DNA from: Catajapyx aquilonaris | Taxonomy: Eukaryota | Assembly (NCBI GenBank): GCA_000934665.2 | Contig: KZ538987.1 | Coordinates: 1-37,524 of the forward strand | Reading direction: 5' to 3' | DNA: 37,524 nt | Shown here: positions 10,419-23,300 of the stretch, piece after piece | Position numbering within the stretch: position 1 is the first letter of the stretch | How the letters are laid out: each line of letters begins with the position of its first letter | Made by a program: the position numbers and the translations under genes | Notes under the pieces: model-generated | Database searches by the model: none | Seen by the model: the letters and a program-made list of their open reading frames with translations, nothing else | Told to the model about the DNA's origin: nothing

Positions 10419-13400
10419 CTGGAAAACAAAAATGAGTCAGTGCCTTCAGATACCTCTGTGGCATCCTATACAGGGTGTGTATAAAAGAATGGTGGGGTTT
10501 CATAAGTGAATAAAACAGCTGTTCACAACCTTACATGGGTGTAACATGCACCATCAGGAAGAGCAAAGGTCCAAGTTTGAGATGAATTACCAACAGTTCA
10601 TTTATGGTCACCGCAGGGCCACTGCAAGACCAGTTTCCAAAATGGCGACTGCAGGAGGAGGCATTCTGTGTTTTCGAGGAAAGTCAATGACTAACAGAAA
10701 CAGGGAATTGAACATGCCAAAAACCACAGTATGAAAGGTGTTGCGTTAAATTGTACAAGTTGGGGTTGGTGCAGGCCCTAACACCAGCAGACAAGGTGAA
10801 AAGAAGTGACTTTTGCATTGAAATGCAATCAAAAATGGAGGAAGGTAGTTTCATAGAAGGTCTCCTTTTCAGTGATGTAGCCGCATTTCACATCAGTGGC
10901 AAGGTTAATGGTCAACACCTTACAGACTGTCGTTTTCGGCATATTCAAAATTCACTGCTTCCTTAGTTCCTTTAGTCATCCACTTTCCTCGGAAACACAA
11001 AATGCCTCCTGCAGAGTGGCCACTTTAGAAACTGGCTCTGCAGTGACCATAAATTAACTGTTGGTAACTCATCTCAAACTTGGACCTTTGCTCTTCGTAA
11101 TGGTGCCCCAAGGTTGTTAACAGCTGCTTTATTCGCTTACAAAACCCCACCATTCTTTATAAACACCCATGCCATGCATTAATTACCCTATGAGAACTGA
11201 GGAGTGGGGTGGAAAAAATGATAACCGACATATTTGTCATTTTTGACCTAAACACCTAGCATTCTATGTAAAAGACATGACAAACATTTTGGTATACTCA
11301 AAGTTCACATATCATCCACAAGACGGCAACACAGACTTGAGGATAACCCGCTTGCCATATTTTCTGGCTCTTCCTCTCACGGAAAAACCTGACAACCCAT
11401 CATGTTTTCATACCCGTCGCATTCTTCCGTTTAATACAAGATGTAACAAAGGTTTCTGGCCCAGTCAGTATTATACAAGGGAAATTCTCAGTTTTTTAAA
11501 ATTACCCTCATCTTTTATGTTGATATTGTACTCCCATAATCTCCGGAATATGCTGGCGAAAGGGCATTTTCCAAAGGGAAAATTTGTTTTTTTCCCTTCT
11601 TTGGCGTAAATGACCCTTAGCCCCCATCAGTCCCAGCACAGATTCAGACCGAAGCTCCTGATGGTGCCGCTGTCCGACGCGGGAAGAAAAATATAATAAA
11701 ACCCAGTGTTACAAGTTCAGGTAATATGCTGATTTGTGACAAGAGTGCAAACTTAAATTCGCTCTCCTGAAAATTTATGCCCTTGTGGGTTATCATGTTT
11801 TTCCACCACACCCCGCAACTTTCATCCCACTGAAAAAAGGCACATCTTCACATTGTGATAAGTTGCTTGACCAAACCATGCAAGAGAGAATACGGCCGTA
11901 ACACAACATGCAGAGGAGGGGGGGCATCAATCAGCAAGATGCCAGAGTACCCTTAAAAGTACCTGCCATGATGAGTCCCAAAATAACAACATATTGCATA
12001 AGCAAAACTATCCTTGACAACCAAACTAAACGATGCAAGTGCTGCATACCCACAACAGTCTGATTTCACCATGTGTCACTTACCTGTCAGAAGAACTGCT
12101 ATCTGAAGGCCTTCCCCAACTCTGCCCCATATCTGCCTTTCTATCCCCTCCACCACCTCCCCATGAGTCACGTGATGAACCACCCCCCTGGTTCAGGGTG
12201 CCCTGTGAACGATGTGACCCATACCCTGGTTTAAGACTTGGTCCACCTCGATGGTCGGGCTGAGATGCTCCTGAGTGCCAAGTATCACCAGAACGATCTG
12301 CATATCGTCCTTCCCCTAGAAATTAGCCATGAATCAATACAACATAAGGTAAGAACACTCAATGCAACATAAGGTAACATTACTACTAACCACCTTTCAT
12401 AGAGTCTCCATATCGTTCCTTTGAGTGGCGTTCAATGTCCCGTGGGGGCGGAGCTCGAGCCTCTCGATCTGGTGGTAAGGGGCCTCGATCTTCCGGGCGC
12501 CCTTCTCGCCCATTACGGATTCCACTTCTTTCTCGGATATGCTCACGTGCACTCCTCTCAAACCTGGAAATATATTTAATGTCTCAAAGCACTAATCATG
12601 ACACCAAAATTACCGTAACTTGAAAAAAATCAAACTTTTGCCTTGTTTTGTTACCAACACATGACCCATTCAGTTACTCAAAAGATGCTATTACACTTCT
12701 TACCTGCGTACCCCACTACCTCCAAAATACACACTAGTCTTGTATGGCTGCACCCATACGGTTAAACCTTTGCAGCCACACTGTAACTGTAATATTATAA
12801 CTTCTTTAAGCTTCCATGTATTTCTGAAATGCTGCAACAGCAAGATACTAAGTCCAAATGAAGCCTAACAAACTGGCATGGCTATTCATAATCAATACAT
12901 GGTGCTGCATGTTAGTGGGTCATTTTTGGTCATCACAAATATCACACCTGAACTAACTGAAGTTGTTTTTGTGTAGCTTGTTGCAACCATATCCAGGTTC
13001 CCCATTACTCCATGGTGGTTGAATATAGCAGTTTCTATAGAATAGGGCACCTGGAGCGGGGTGCAATAAGTTACGAAAAACAACAGCTTTGAGCGAAATT
13101 AACCTGTATCTGGCATGAATGAAATTATTTCACTGATCTATTGTTCCCATGTTATGACAACAGGGCGCATGCAGTGTGACGCTGAGACATATTATGCTGT
13201 CATACCTCCCCCAAAATATGTGTTGAATACAGAACTGATATGTAAATACTCATTTCTTTGCTCCAGATTGTGCAAATAATTGGTTTCTGTGGGTTTGGGC
13301 CATTTCAGAGTTTGGACATGTACTGCAATTTCACGGGCCACTTATTTCACCCCTTGCACATGCCCACTCTTCAAAATATCTTTTCCTTTCATAAGAGTCG

Positions 13401-16400
13401 TTTTCAAGAGGTCAAGGGGCACATTTAAGAAATCGCACTCCTGGGCCAACTATTCGCTCTTTTTAAGAGGCTTGAACTACATGATGGTATATGGCCAGAG
13501 AGTGGCCTTGTGAGGCTCTAGCACTCAAAAACTTAAGAATGTGGCCGCCAATGGCATAACCTCCGATTTTCTGGGTGTCAGTAAAGGCACAGGCAATGTT
13601 TGGTTGCCAGTAACAAGAAAAAAATTGGTCCATGTCCTTTGAATCTTCACATTACAAAATATCAGCCTTACCTATCGTCTCGACCTCGCTCTATCTGATG
13701 CTCTGTTGCCCTCTCACGACGAGCATCGCGATGTGGCCTCGGATGATCTTCAAAGCGAATGGGATCCCGGCGCTCTCGCTCGTAGCGTTCTGGCTTTGGC
13801 AGGTACACGTCAGTAATCCTGTCGTATGCACGCTCTCGTTTGTAGTCCCTTCGGTCCTCATCAAAATGTATCCTAGGAGAAATGAAGGAAAGTCTGGCAA
13901 CACCAATGTAAATGCCCTCAATTCATATGGCACCATACTTTGGCTCATCAGGACGTGTAGAACCTTCAAAGCGCCGATCAGCTGCCTGTCGCTTCCGATC
14001 ATCAAAGTAGGGATCATTACGCTTGTCCCTGTCATCTATAGGGCGTTTAAGACTCCTACGGGCGTCCTCCATCCTGAAACGCATCGGACTGGTGAGTCCA
14101 TTGGGCCTGTTTTAATGAAATGTCATACTATAAATCTACTGGGTTAAACACTATTGATTGAGAATGGCCCGTGACTGGAAAAAAGCCCCGCCATTTCTAA
14201 AAAAATCCCCATCGAAGTCGTACTTAATTTGCTCCTTCTGTCGGCGAATTTCTTCTCTGTCCCTCTCAAGCTTTTCACGTTCCGCCCGCTGTCGTTCACG
14301 CTCCAAACGCATCAATTCAGCTCTTTCTCGTTCCAGTTTGTCTCGTTCTAGTCGCAGGCGCTCCCGTTCCCTGAAATAATATGGAAATTCAGTATGCATT
14401 CAACTGACAGCTGTTCTAGAAAGACCTACTTATGCAAACGATCTGCCTCATCCTTTTGCTTTCGCTCAATGTCCCGTTGCCTGATCATATCTTCTCTACG
14501 CCTCCTTTCCTCCTCTCTCATTTCTCGTTCACGTTCTCTCAATCTTTGGCGCTCTCTCTCCTCCTGTGGATGCACATAACTTGTTAAATGTTCCAAGTTT
14601 TAAAATGTTCAACTTACCCTTATCTGGGCAAACGTGAGTAAAGTGGGACGACGAGGTGACTGAGGCCTGTGATTTCGCTTGGCTGGGCTGTGACTTTTCG
14701 TTCGCAGGGGTGCCTTTGCAGAGCTGCTGCGACGATGCTCTTGTGGCTCCTCCTTGTTTTTGCTAACTTCTCGCCCCCTATTGTTGTCATTCACCTCCCG
14801 CCCCTTGTTATCGCTCACTTCTCGCCCCCTGCTGGTGTCCTTTACTTCATCCTTGCGCAGCTTCTCATCTTTCTTGTCTTCTTTGAGTATCTTGCCTTTG
14901 GGCTCTGACTTTTCCACAGTTTTCTCTTCAGCTGGAATGGATTTACACAATTGCAGCACAAACCAAGTATTTTCAACAAATTTGGCCATGCAAAAGTGGT
15001 GAAAGAAGTGGCAAAGAATCCCAGCCCTCCAGCTGAGTCCACTTTTCCAGACTCTTGTGCACAGCCAAACCTGCTGTTGCTTCCAACAATTAAATCCAAT
15101 AATCTATTCAACACAAATGCATCTTGTCACCTCATTGTCAAATGCGTTCCTGGTTCGTAACAAGTTAAATGCCAAGTTCCTTCATCCAAAGGTCTCGGAG
15201 ATAACAGAAATCTACATTGTTGCTTAATAATAATTAAGTGATAGTTGTAATTGCATTTTCAACATTATTTCTGGGTAGCCAACTAGCCCATTAATTGCTA
15301 GGCTTCAGAATACTTTATTGGGCCCATCCCCAAGGAAGAAGAAAAAATTGCAAACTTTCATTTTCCACAGAATGACAAAAAATTGGCCATTTTTCAACTG
15401 TAGGCGGTTGTCTTCTTATTTGCACACTAAACTGAGAATTATTGGTGCCCCATTCACATTCCTGAATAAGGCTCTCTCAACATGAATGCTGCATGAATTT
15501 TTATATGCAATAGCATTTGTGCAAATCTGGTGCCAACTGAGGTTACTACATATCCGAATGGATAGTCGACTTGCATGACCCTGCATAAAATGTAGCATCC
15601 AAACGTCTTAACCCTGACTAGCTCTATGTAAATTTGCAAAATGCTTTTTGCTGATGACTTTCCATAACATTCTGGTCTACTGTACACTCCACTAAGCTCA
15701 TATGTACATTGGGTTATTGTAACAATTTGCTCTAAATCATGTGTCCCAAACTTGGGGTCATGAGTGATGGTAACAATTATTTTTACAAAATGGCTTAACC
15801 TTTCTTGAGAAAAATGCCCATAAGTTACAGAACAATTCTAACACTCGACAGCCAATTCACATCCAAATGTTAATTGATGGTAAACTTCGCTCTTACAAGC
15901 TCTGTTGGTGTGATTATATCAATTTGAGGTTTTACGTGCAATTTGAGGTTTTACGTGCATTTTATCGGCTACTTCCATGACGAGCTGCAGAAACTTGGAA
16001 CATACCTTTGCTTTCCTTATTAGTCTCTTCTTTCTTCTTCTCTTCCACCAATAAACTGGTTTTCTTGTCCTCCTTCTTTCGTTCCTCTTGTTTCTTACCT
16101 GTACCCGATGTTTTGCTTCCCTCACTCTTCTTGGGTGGTCCAGTTGAGTCACCTTTAGCCTACAATATAAACAATTTTTATTATAACAGCATTTCTTGCA
16201 AAGTATAGTTGTGCAACCACCCCTTACCCGTTCCACAGAAATCATCCGTCCATGCAATTCGGTCCTGTGCAAGTGTTGAATGCACTTAGATGCATCTTCA
16301 CTTGTGGCCATAGTTACGTAGCCATAGCATCTTGCACCCGGAGTGCGAGCATTGGTTACTACCTTGGCACCAATAACCTATAAAATCATTTGCATGTGTC

Positions 16401-17299
16401 AAAACCTGAACAAGAAGACACAGTTACATCAAGAAATGAAATACTGACCTTGCCATACTTCGAAAATACTTGCTTCAAGTCAGTAGCTCGTGTAGATGAT
16501 GACAGGCCAGAAACCCACAAATTGCGACTGCTGCTGTTAGCTGCAGCAGCTTTTGCAGCTTTGGCTTTCTTATCTGTTATGTATGATATCATTTGTCACA
16601 ATCAAGAAAATAAAGTGAGAATTAGGAAGGAAATAAAAATACTTGCCTTTATCATCCTTAGTGCCGACTTTACTTGAGGCTGCCAAACTGAAAATGAAAA
16701 CTAACTTCAGAAGAATATTCCTCACTATAGTCATTACCAAGAAGTATGCAACACTCTATACCCTGATCAAAGAATACATCTGGTGACAATAATTACTCCC
16801 TTGTAACTTGGATCCATTCCTGCTAACAGGATGCCCACACAATATCATTACTTGATCCAACCACTTCACTCTAAGTTGGATTCAACATGGTCTTGTGAAA
16901 CACTTTAAATATCACATACTATCATATTATCCATTCAGTGTATCACTGCCAAGTACAGCTCTCCCTTCGACCCCAAGACTTGCAGTGTATGGCGAAAACC
17001 AATTGGTTGACATCATTGTTGTTTCATGCCATATCCTTCACTCCTTATGAGATGATCCACTAAAACCCAGGACATTTAAGATACACAACCCACTTTCCAG
17101 GAGGTACAACAAATAGTTATTAGCCATATCAAAGTAATAATCTGAGATGCACTTTCAGTGCAAATATTTAGGACTATATGAATCAGCCTGGATGTTCTAA
17201 AAGTATTCCAACCACTCAGGTTAACCTTTACAGTCAATGGACAATGTCACAGTCAGTATCAAAATACTTAACCCTCTACTACCAACACTGCCATCTTGG

Positions 17300-17340
<41 letters not shown>

Positions 17341-20300
17341 TACTACTACTTGGCCTTATCAAGATCAATTATTGCTATCTTGAATGCCCGTGTCTGATAT
17401 CAGACCCATAGGCCTACCAATTCCTTCTGAAAATGAAGTGCCATCATCCTTATTCACTCTTGAAGCAGCAAAAAAATACTCTCCCATCCACAGCTTCTCC
17501 CACACAAGCCACCAAATGTAACCAAATATAACGAGTTTGGACGAGTATGACATTGATTGCTGCAACGTGTCCCTATAAGCACCAAGTTGTGCTATGTAAC
17601 GTGCAATGAAACATAGTGAAACCTGTATACAGTCTTCCCGTCTTTTCAGTTTAAGAATAAATCAAAACTATTAAATTTAAGATTTCCGTTTACGATAAAG
17701 CAAAACTTTTAAATATAAGATTAAAGTTTAAGTTAAAGCAAAACTATGGGATTTAAACAATCCAATATGTACTTTTATGACAGTAGTGTACTGTATATAT
17801 AACTATTCAATTTTATGGTTAATTATATTTTTAGATGCCTTAATGTGTATCATTTACAAATTAAACTGTATTATAGTATGTACAGTATATATGCTAAAAC
17901 CATATGTTATGCAGGGTTCAGCATTATTCGCTGTTTCAAGCCTGGGCTGGAGGGGGAGTGGGATGAAGGACAGAGGTGGAGAAAAAAAAAATGAGGGAGA
18001 AAGGAAGGGGATATATGTGTGTGGGGCTTGGAACTTCCCCCCCCACAAATACAGGGGGGATTAACGTACAGCGGAATTCACAATAGACAAGTCTCCGATA
18101 TATCAAAAAATACTAAACTGAGGACAAGTATTTGACACCCACTCATGTCTCAGAATTGGTCCCCATAAGTCCATCAATCAGGCCCATTTGCTGTCTCTTG
18201 GGTATCCAAGTAGACCAAATACATGTAAGGGCAGAAATGGTAACCACGTAAGTTCAAACTAGTGAAGTGGGAAATTAACGACCCTTCCATACACATCTGG
18301 AGAGTGGTACCTCAAGTTAAATGATGTCTGAAAGAGGCAGCATGGCTGTGGCCAACCAATCCTCATTTAAAGGAAGTTATTGAAGAAAGATGACAATTAC
18401 TGTAGAAAGCACATAGCCCTTGTGCCCCCCCCCCCCCCAAAGGTCTATAACATTCTTTCTGTAATTAATTATAGCTTCCTCCTTCTGGCATGGCCCACTA
18501 TTCTGGAAGAAACCACAAGACATTGGCTTTTCAAATTCCAAATTTGTGGGACCTTCCGCTACCTATTCACATGCCAGGGCAACTTTTACACCTGCGCAAG
18601 TCCCGAACACGTTTTTGCCTCACACCAAGTTCTCCAAATATGTGAAACAGCCCAAATGCCGTATTAATTCTCCTACACGTGGAATTTTCTTTATTCTGGG
18701 GCCATGCTGCTCATTTCCACTTGACAGGTTCCTATAAATCTCTTCAGGGGCCACATATTTTCCACTGGACAAGTTTCCGCTATATGCAGGTTTCACTGTA
18801 TTAAAACTTCTTAAATGCATTTAAAAAAAATTGATGGCATGATTGAAGTTGGGATGAAATTTGGAATGGCTCTCAGGGCAAGGAGAAGGAGCCACAATGA
18901 GCCCTTCGTGGTTTTGCTCCTCTGTGGTTTAGTTGTGACTATGATTCGAGAAAACTGTACACATTCATATATCTTTGACTAATTCTGCTGTTAAGTCTGA
19001 AAATCTGTGCCCAAATCTGGTACCAGATAGCAGCTAGGAAGGAGAGAGTTAATATTATGACAGCAATTCTATCTGCTTTGTCATGTGACGCAACCTATAC
19101 ATTTTAATCCATATCCCACACGCCAAAAGTGAACCTAGGCAACACTGGCAACACATGTATCTGCATTCATGATCATTAACAGAATAGTCACATAAAAAAG
19201 AGGGAAATTCCTTCTGGGACTTGAAACCTATTAGTGCAAACTATGCTATATTGAGCTACATTAATATCACATGGTACATGTCTCTTGTTACGCTTGATTC
19301 CCTTCAAATTGTTCCTAAATACCAATAGCATCAAGTTTGCAAATTGACAGTTAACGCCACATTTTTGCATGTGCCAATGAATGGTAATTCTCTATTGTTG
19401 ACGCATTCCATCAAATTTGAGATATACCATTCCTCTACAACAAACAGATGAACAACTCTACAACTCCACTTCATCACATCCTGCAAGGAGATGCATCGCA
19501 AACTCTGACTTGGTCCAGGTGTCATCATCAGGGCACCTCCAGGGCTGCTTCATGTAGGGAGAAACAGCAGCTCCACCGCGTAGTGGTACTGCCTCATGTT
19601 GTGCACCCAGCCCAACCCCACCTATCAGCCACCAGCATGACAATATCCATTGTTGGAGCGACGTGTGTTGACCTAGGGACTTTCTCTCCGCCCTGACACC
19701 TTTACTTTAAAGGTGAAGAAACGTACCTGACGTGTCTACCTAAGGAGCCAGCGGTACCCATACAAACCCAGCATACAGGGGCACACCAACCTCTTCTCTT
19801 GTACTTCTCCTTCACCTCCTTCTGTTGCCTTATCTTCAGTGATTTCATCCCCTCTGTTATTGCCTTCTGCTTTGCTCCTGGGCTCATTCTTGTCATTTTC
19901 CACACCTTGCTGCTCATTGCTGCAGGAGATACTTGCACCCTCTTCTTCCGGACTGGATGACACCTCCTTGACGCTCTTCGATTCCAACGACTCGGCGTAC
20001 ACATCTCGCGCCTCCCTGTCATCCAGGCAGACCACCAAGGAGTCAATCGGCCCTCCAGATGACATGACGCTGACCTCCGATGGAACACCAGATAGAGGTC
20101 CAACTTGGCTTGACATGAAGCAGATCGAGTTGGGGGTTTGTGTGTCCACTACTGAAAGAGTGGCAAAGCATTACATGCCCGGAGCATGATGTTGCTGTGG
20201 TCCATCTGGAAACCCACTGCGCCATTGAGCAAGGTTCGAAGACTGCATTAGAACCCTCTTATGTAACAATTCAACCTTGCAGTTATTTCCCGCTGACCGA

Positions 20301-23300
20301 GACCACTCAACGTTGCGTCAAAGGTGATCAACCGATGTAAACACATGCTAGGATAAGATTTGAAAAGAAACTGGCTTAAACTTCTTAGTGAATAGTCTGG
20401 GACTTAGCAACTTAGGACTCAGCCTGTGTGACAAAGGTTTGTTGACACAGTACAAGTTCCAAGTTACTTGTCAGTTTCACACATCTGCTCTACACTTCTT
20501 GCAATTATTATTAATAGTCGTAATATTTTTTGCCCATCAAGGTCAATGTTGTAGGTGATTAACAAGTGTGTGACATGGTTACTGTTAGTTTGTCACGTAC
20601 AACTCAGGTTGAATTACCTCATAACTAAGAGCCTTGTCATCAGTGCATGAAATAATGTTACATCTCCCACACTGCATTATCAAATCTTGCTAGCTTCCTG
20701 TTGCTGTCCAGGTACATGACATCACAAGCACCAATCACTATAATGCGGTCCACTGTCCTGGAAGAGTCTTCTCTGCACAAGTAGCATTTTCAACACATTC
20801 AGGTAGGAAAGGCGCACCATAAGACAGCCGTTGATGGCGTGAAGATGTGAACAACTCGAGCTCTTGCATGACTGTTTCATTGAGAGTTTTCCTTTCCCAA
20901 CTTGTTTCATTTGGCATCACTATCCCAGATCACTGCATGTGTCCTGATTGTTCCATTTAACTTGCTTCCAGAAGACAACCATTGCAGATGGAGATATATG
21001 ACAAGATGTGTTCATTGGGAGATGTATCATTCCTTCATGCAACTATGCAAATAAGAGCAATTATTTCATATCTTGCAAATTAATGATACTGACAAGGCTC
21101 TTACTAATTGACACTTAATCTATATAATTTCACATGCTAACTGACATACCCTTTGATGATTTATCTGGAGGTGTGGTATAGTCCTGAAATGTCAAAGAAG
21201 AAAGGAATACAATCAGCATGACATTCAACACACCAGTTGACACATCAGTATTTTGACCTGGAAACATGATACACAGAGTGCTCCACTGGACAAGTCCCCA
21301 GTCAAGACATGGGTACGTGAAGTATTTATGGATTTTTAGTCAAGCTACAAGTTTAACCCTAATAGGACACGAGTTGCATGTATGCAATGGCAGCAAGAAG
21401 ATATTTTTGTTGGCCACACGCAAGTGCTTTTCCATCAAATAAAGCAGCTTCTGTATTAATAAAACACTTCCCACTTATTGCGGCATGCCGGTATAACCCG
21501 GGGGTGGCAGGCATGCCGCAATACCCAAGGTAGATTTCCGCAATTTTGATCCTTGTCAAATTTTTGGAATGCATCCGATACTGTACTAAAATAATGTTAC
21601 GGTGAAAAAAGTGAGAGTACAGGGCTGTGAGAATGCAGGTTCATAGCACCGGTTGCACAGGGCATAGAGTGTGACCAATCCGACTGTCAGCCTGCTCTGA
21701 GAGGGGAATCTCCATAAACATTACAAAGGATCTGCATAGGATCACTTTGCGTAGTGATATCAATTTGTGTGAGAAGCCTCGTCACTCAGATAATAAAATC
21801 CAAACCAAACATATGAAATATCCTGGTAGGTATGCTTCCCTTCTAGCAGCCTTGCCCTTTTAATTGAAAATGTTGCCGTAAAATTTGAACTTAACGAACG
21901 ATCTTATGGGATGTGTCAGGCGATAGAAGTGTCCTGGGCTGTATCCGTACCGTAGAACATGGGTGTGTTTGAAGCCCCTTATTTCACTAGGCTGCCGAGA
22001 CCCACAACACACATACGTATTTAAAATGATAGCATAGAACCCCTGTACCCCCCCCCCCCCCCCATCCCCCAAAACTTCTGTACGTTACTTTTCTGCACCT
22101 CATATATACCAAAAGCATCTCACCTCTTCTGTTAATAATGTCTCTTCATCTTCTCCAATAGTCAGATTTATTGAGTCTTCATTGTCAGCCCCATTCTGCT
22201 CCACACCGTCATCCTGCAACCAAAATAATAACAGGGAAAATGAGACATGTTACTTTGGGATGGACCTTGCTGATTATGACAAATTGTAAACATGTAAACA
22301 AGTACAACAAATAAAAGGTAATACCCCTGTCACACTGATTATTGTGTGTTCAAAAGGGTCTGAATAGGTAGTAGCTTGTGGGCTGACATTACGGAAGGTT
22401 GCATAAAATAAAAGCAGACAGCAGATCTTATGAGGACATATGGCGCTTGATTGAATGTACTGAGCCATGTATAATAATAAAGGCCCGAGTAATATAGCCT
22501 ACCTCAAGTAAGGTGACGGTACTGCCTGGATTTTAATGGGGCATACCATGACCCACTTGAGAAATACTCATACAAAAATTTCACCGCCCCCTCTTGAATC
22601 TGTGGTTCTTTTAGGTCAACGACAATATGTTACCTTCTATGTACAGAGCAATGCACCTCATTACATACCTTGTCTTTCGTGTTGGCTGATGAGCAGGTGG
22701 TCTTTTTGCAAGGCTCAGTATTCTGGGGCCCCTTTCGTATATGCAAACATGCACTGTTTTCTTCTAAACCTTCTCCTTGATCAAGAGCAGTTTCCGGGCT
22801 CTCTTGACTGGAGTTCAAATTCTCCAGACTGAAGGCATATGGCTCCTCACATTGCAAATTCTCCAGAGTTAAATCATCAGTGGAGGCCAACGACTCATCC
22901 TGATTGGGGTCATCTGTCTCTTGACTGGAGGGCAATGACTCCTTACTGGAGGGCAATGACTGACCGCAAGTAGATGCCTCCTGACTGGAGGACGATGGAT
23001 CCTGACTGGAGGACGATGGATCCTGACCGGAGGACGATGGCTCCTGACTGGAGGACGATGGCTCCTGACTGGAGGACGACGGCTCTGACTCCTGTTCTAT
23101 TTTCCCTGGAAAGATAAAACAAAGTTGAGCCTCTAGTCCTCCCTTTTACATACACAAAAAACTGGAATAAAGGCAGCACAATCATACGCTCATTTATCAG
23201 GACATCGATGGATATGAAAACAAGTTCTCATTTATTCCATGAACAGCTGTTTCACCTTTTTGCCCAGAAAACAGTAATCTGAAAATGGTCCTAGCCATCA

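Noticed and set aside
13632..14147. 171-aa plus-strand ORF and other ORFs antisense to SAFB exons
   Set aside because: Shadow frames of the R/E-rich coding exons.
17612..18800. Possible Tigger-like element with (C/T)AGTGAAACCTG ends
   Set aside because: Left end degenerate, no clear TA TSD and no transposase remnant recognised.
20600..20645. Intronic box C/D snoRNA or hammerhead-like CTGATGA motifs
   Set aside because: No properly spaced partner boxes or closing stems found.
20738..20920. 60-aa minus-strand ORF in intron 5 as an alternative exon
   Set aside because: Could not be joined in frame to exon 5 with plausible splice sites.
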